Assembly (NCBI GenBank): GCA_017941235.1
Contig: JAGAWU010000025.1
Location: forward strand, 29,860 to 93,859
Length of the DNA: 64,000 nucleotides
From: Bacilli bacterium
Lineage (GTDB): Bacteria; Bacillota_I; Bacilli_A; RF39; UBA660
Direction of reading: 5' to 3'
Shown: in pieces, positions 60,898 to 64,000 of the stretch
Numbering within the stretch: the first letter of the stretch is position 1
Layout: the number at the start of each line of letters is the position of its first letter
Program-made: the position numbers and the translations under genes
The notes under the pieces: model-generated
Told to the model about the DNA's origin: nothing
Seen by the model: only the letters and a program-made list of their open reading frames with translations
Database searches by the model: none

Positions 60898-62082
60898 ATG
60901 GCAAAAGAAAAATTTGATCGTTCAAAACCACATGTTAACATTGGTACAATTGGACACGTAGATCATGGTAAAACTACTACAACTGCTGCTATTACTGCTA
61001 GATTAGCTGGTAAGAACGGTAACCAAGCTGTTGCTTTCGAAAATATCGATAAAGCACCAGAAGAAAGAGAACGTGGTATTACTATCAATACTGCACACGT
61101 TGAGTATAGTACTGATAAGAGACATTATGCACACGTTGACTGTCCAGGACATGCTGATTATGTTAAAAACATGATTACAGGTGCTGCACAAATGGATGGA
61201 GCAATTTTAGTAATTGCTGCTACAGATGGACCTATGGCACAAACTCGTGAACATATCTTACTTGCTCGTCAAGTTGGTGTACCAAAAATGGTTGTATTCA
61301 TGAATAAGTGTGATATGGTTGATGATCCTGAATTATTAGACTTAGTTGAAATGGAAATTCGTGATCTATTAAATGAATATGATTATGATGGAGATAATAC
61401 TCCAATCATTCGTGGATCTGCTCTTAAAGCTCTTGAAGGTGATGAAGAGTGGGGTAAAAAAATCGACGAACTTATGGATGCTGTTGATGAATGGATTCCA
61501 ACTCCAGAAAGAGATACTGAAAAACCATTCTTAATGAGTATTGAAGATGTATTCACTATCACTGGTCGTGGTACAGTTGTTACTGGACGTGTTGAACGTG
61601 GACAATTAAAACTTAATGATGAAGTTGAAATCGTTGGTATTAAAGATACTCAAAAAACAGTTGCTACAGGAATTGAAATGTTCCGTAAACAATTAGATTA
61701 TGCTGAAGCTGGAGATAACGCTGGTGTTCTTCTACGTGGTATTTCTCGTGAACAAGTTGAACGTGGACAAGTTCTTGCTAAACCAGGAACAGTTACACCT
61801 CATACTCAATTCAAAGCTGCAGTATATGTATTAACTAAAGAAGAAGGTGGACGTCATACTCCATTCTTCACAAAATATCGTCCTCAATTCTATTTTAGAA
61901 CTACAGACGTAACTGGTGAAATTGAATTACCAGAAGGAACTGAAATGGTTATGCCTGGTGATAATGTTAACATTACTGTTGAATTAATTCACCCAATCGC
62001 TATTGAACAAGGTACTAAATTCTCTATCCGTGAAGGTGGACGTACTGTTGGTGCTGGTAACGTTAGTGAAATTATTAAATAA
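60898..62082 (+). CDS. tuf: elongation factor Tu
   Basis: 394 aa. Motifs: [35 protein letters not shown]. Confidence 0.99.
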   Translation: MAKEKFDRSKPHVNIGTIGHVDHGKTTTTAAITARLAGKNGNQAVAFENIDKAPEERERGITINTAHVEYSTDKRHYAHVDCPGHADYVKNMITGAAQMDGAILVIAATDGPMAQTREHILLARQVGVPKMVVFMNKCDMVDDPELLDLVEMEIRDLLNEYDYDGDNTPIIRGSALKALEGDEEWGKKIDELMDAVDEWIPTPERDTEKPFLMSIEDVFTITGRGTVVTGRVERGQLKLNDEVEIVGIKDTQKTVATGIEMFRKQLDYAEAGDNAGVLLRGISREQVERGQVLAKPGTVTPHTQFKAAVYVLTKEEGGRHTPFFTKYRPQFYFRTTDVTGEIELPEGTEMVMPGDNVNITVELIHPIAIEQGTKFSIREGGRTVGAGNVSEIIK

Positions 62083-62098
62083 TTAAGTTTATATAATT

Positions 62099-62128
62099 AA
62101 AACTGATACTTAACGTATCAGTTTTTTT
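62099..62128. terminator. bidirectional rho-independent terminator between tuf and the convergent fem gene
   Basis: aaaactgatac (62099-62109) pairs with gtatcagtttt (62115-62125). There is a T-run on the + strand, and an A-run upstream gives a U-run for the minus strand. Confidence 0.75.
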
Positions 62129-62155
62129 GTATATAAAAAATAAGATATTCATATC

Positions 62156-63418
62156 TTATTTAATATTATCTTTGAATTTAAAGTCTTTTTCTTTGCTAAA
62201 ATTTTGATATAGTCTGTAATTAAATTGATCTAATACTAAATCAAATTCACCTATATATTCAGTTGGTATACTGCCAAAACCTAGTTTGTTTTCGTTTAAA
62301 GTACTATATGGGTTTTTGTTTTTGAAATCTCCAACAATATTATTTAAATTTAAATATTTATATCCTTTTTGTATGGCTTCGTTTATAATAAACCATCTTG
62401 TTAAGTAATTACTATTAAGACTTTTATATCTTTTATCATATCCTTCTGCAATTAAATATATTGCTTCATTGTATTCAAGTGTGATTGCTCCACCTATAAG
62501 TACACTTTTTGGATATTTTTCCAATATATTAGTTGCAAATACAAGTTGATCTTTGTATACGCTTAATAATTTGTCTGATTCCATTTTTGAGTTTAATATT
62601 CTTTGATTAGTTGTACCTATATTATCTTGTATTTTATTAGTTAATTTTTCGTTTAGTTCCATTTCATGCTCATATGCTTTTTTTATAGATGTTACATATG
62701 CATTAGTATCAAGTACTGCATAATATATTTTTGCTTTATTACCAAATGCTTTCATAAAATCATCATAATATTCTTTACTTCTTTTATTTGTTGATATTAT
62801 ATCTTGAAGAAATTCTGCTTTTTTGTTAGTATCTTCAACTATTAAAACGCCAGAATTAGATGCTTTATTTATTTTATGTCTTGTTCTTTTATTGAATCCT
62901 AAGTAAACATCTTTTATTGTTTTTTCGCTTAATAGTACTATGCTTTCAAAACGACCTCTTTCATTTTCAAAAAAGTTATTTTGTCCTTTATATTTAAAAC
63001 CTGCATATTTTATATTTTTTAAAATATTATTTACATCACTATTAATATTGCTAATTAATCCTCTTTTATTTCTAATAGTTGCAGGTATATAAGGATCCAT
63101 CCTTAATAGTATAAAATCTTGTTTTCCAAGAACATTTCTTAATTTTTTTACTAATTCCACAATATTTTCTGCGATATTATAATCAAATAGTATTCCACCT
63201 GGAGCATAAGCTATTTTTTTGTTCATAAAAACAGTAGTATATAAAAGAAGTGATGCTCCAACTAGGTGATTTGTACTATCTATAATACCAATATAGTGTA
63301 CTTTATAACCGTGTTTTGACATTAGATTACCATAGGAAGATGTTTGATAATAATTTTTATATTTATGAGCGCTTGCAAATTTATCAAATTCTTGTTGACT
63401 TAGTGTAATTATTTTCAT
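62156..63418 (-). CDS. FemAB/FemX/MurM-family peptidoglycan interpeptide-bridge aminoacyltransferase
   Basis: From ATG 63418 (SD ggagga, rc of 63425-63430), MKIITLSQQEFDKFASAH...YQTSSYGNLM.KHGY is the typical Fem N-terminus. It has a two-lobed GNAT-like fold with a central coiled-coil insert (KKAYEHEMELNEKLTNKIQD...), and GA...EY..A.YL..G....Y. Only the first 18 codons of the ORF-track model are trimmed. Confidence 0.85.
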   Translation of the reverse strand: MKIITLSQQEFDKFASAHKYKNYYQTSSYGNLMSKHGYKVHYIGIIDSTNHLVGASLLLYTTVFMNKKIAYAPGGILFDYNIAENIVELVKKLRNVLGKQDFILLRMDPYIPATIRNKRGLISNINSDVNNILKNIKYAGFKYKGQNNFFENERGRFESIVLLSEKTIKDVYLGFNKRTRHKINKASNSGVLIVEDTNKKAEFLQDIISTNKRSKEYYDDFMKAFGNKAKIYYAVLDTNAYVTSIKKAYEHEMELNEKLTNKIQDNIGTTNQRILNSKMESDKLLSVYKDQLVFATNILEKYPKSVLIGGAITLEYNEAIYLIAEGYDKRYKSLNSNYLTRWFIINEAIQKGYKYLNLNNIVGDFKNKNPYSTLNENKLGFGSIPTEYIGEFDLVLDQFNYRLYQNFSKEKDFKFKDNIK

Positions 63419-63553
63419 TATTAATCCTCCTTTTCTCTTTAAATTATAACATATTTTTTTTAATAATATCAATAATAGTATATATCTTTACATTAAAATA
63501 ATTTATTGTTTTAAAAAATATTAATTTATAGTAAAATTATATTGGTGATATAA

Positions 63554-64000
63554 ATGTTTAAAAATAAGAAAGTATTTATTTTAGGAATGGCAAGAAGTGG
63601 TTACGAGGCTGCCAAAATTTTAATTTCTCGTGGCAATGAAGTTTTTTTAAATGATATGAAGGAAGAAGAAAAGCAAAATAAAGAGCAGGTGGAGGAACTT
63701 AGAAATTTGGGTGTTCATTTATTCTTTGGTTCTCATCCTGATGATTTGTTTGATGAAAGCTTTGATTATCTAATAAAGAATCCAGGAATCCCTATTAATC
63801 ATAAGTATGTTTTAAAAGCTAGAGAATTGAATATTGAGGTAATTAATGAAGTAGAGATGTGTTTTAGACTTTTACCTGAAAATGTTAAATTAGTTGCAAT
63901 TACTGGTACTAATGGTAAAACTACAACTACAACACTTACTTATAATATTTTAAAGGAGGCTTACCCTGATAAAACTATATTAGCTGGTAATATTGGTTAT
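63554..64000 (+). CDS. murD: UDP-N-acetylmuramoylalanine--D-glutamate ligase (5' part, runs off right edge)
   Basis: MFKNKKVFILGMARSGYEAAKIL..G..V..ND is the MurD Rossmann N-domain, and AITGTNGKTTTT is the Mur ligase P-loop. The frame is open to the window end. Confidence 0.9.
   Translation, partial: MFKNKKVFILGMARSGYEAAKILISRGNEVFLNDMKEEEKQNKEQVEELRNLGVHLFFGSHPDDLFDESFDYLIKNPGIPINHKYVLKARELNIEVINEVEMCFRLLPENVKLVAITGTNGKTTTTTLTYNILKEAYPDKTILAGNIGY

Overview
Very AT-rich Bacillota chromosome segment spanning the replication origin and the conserved origin-proximal housekeeping block. Nearly every gene is on the + strand, co-oriented with replication. TGA is used as a stop codon (bofA, mfd), so this is genetic code 11.

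Gene order: rnpA and rpmH (minus strand), oriC, dnaA, dnaN, a ComK-family gene, recF, gyrB, gyrA, a ~0.95-kb ORF-free repeat array, SRP RNA, tadA, dnaX, ybaB, recR, bofA, holB, ricT, a TrmN6-like methyltransferase, rsmI, pth, mfd, spoVT, a Met T-box, metG, tatD, a SipW-type signal peptidase, rsmA, yabG, veg, spoVG, yabP, yabQ, divIC, tilS, ftsH, dusB, lysS, clpC, cysS, mrnC, rlmB, sigH, secE, nusG, rplK, rplA, rplJ, rplL, a ybxB-like methyltransferase, rpoB, rpoC, rpsL, rpsG, fusA, tuf, a convergent FemAB-family gene, and the start of murD.

The sporulation markers (spoVT, yabG, spoVG, yabP/Q, bofA, sigH) point to an endospore-forming or spore-former-derived lineage. I found no rRNA, tRNA, CRISPR, IS or prophage sequence.

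Compared with the B. subtilis layout, several genes are missing from their usual slots: yaaA, the rRNA operon after gyrA, yabA, hpt, ctsR-mcsAB, rpmG and ybxF.

The most interesting feature is the gyrA-ffs spacer. It is a decaying ~310-bp tandem repeat that preserves four perfect parS (ParB/Spo0J) palindromes, interleaved with perfect Noc-binding-site palindromes and DnaA-box-like 9-mers. A third Noc site is written into dnaX using rare GC-rich codons.

Several ORF-track starts are over-extended into RNA elements or leaders (tadA, metG, rpoB, holB and others). I re-set these from SD spacing and N-terminal homology.
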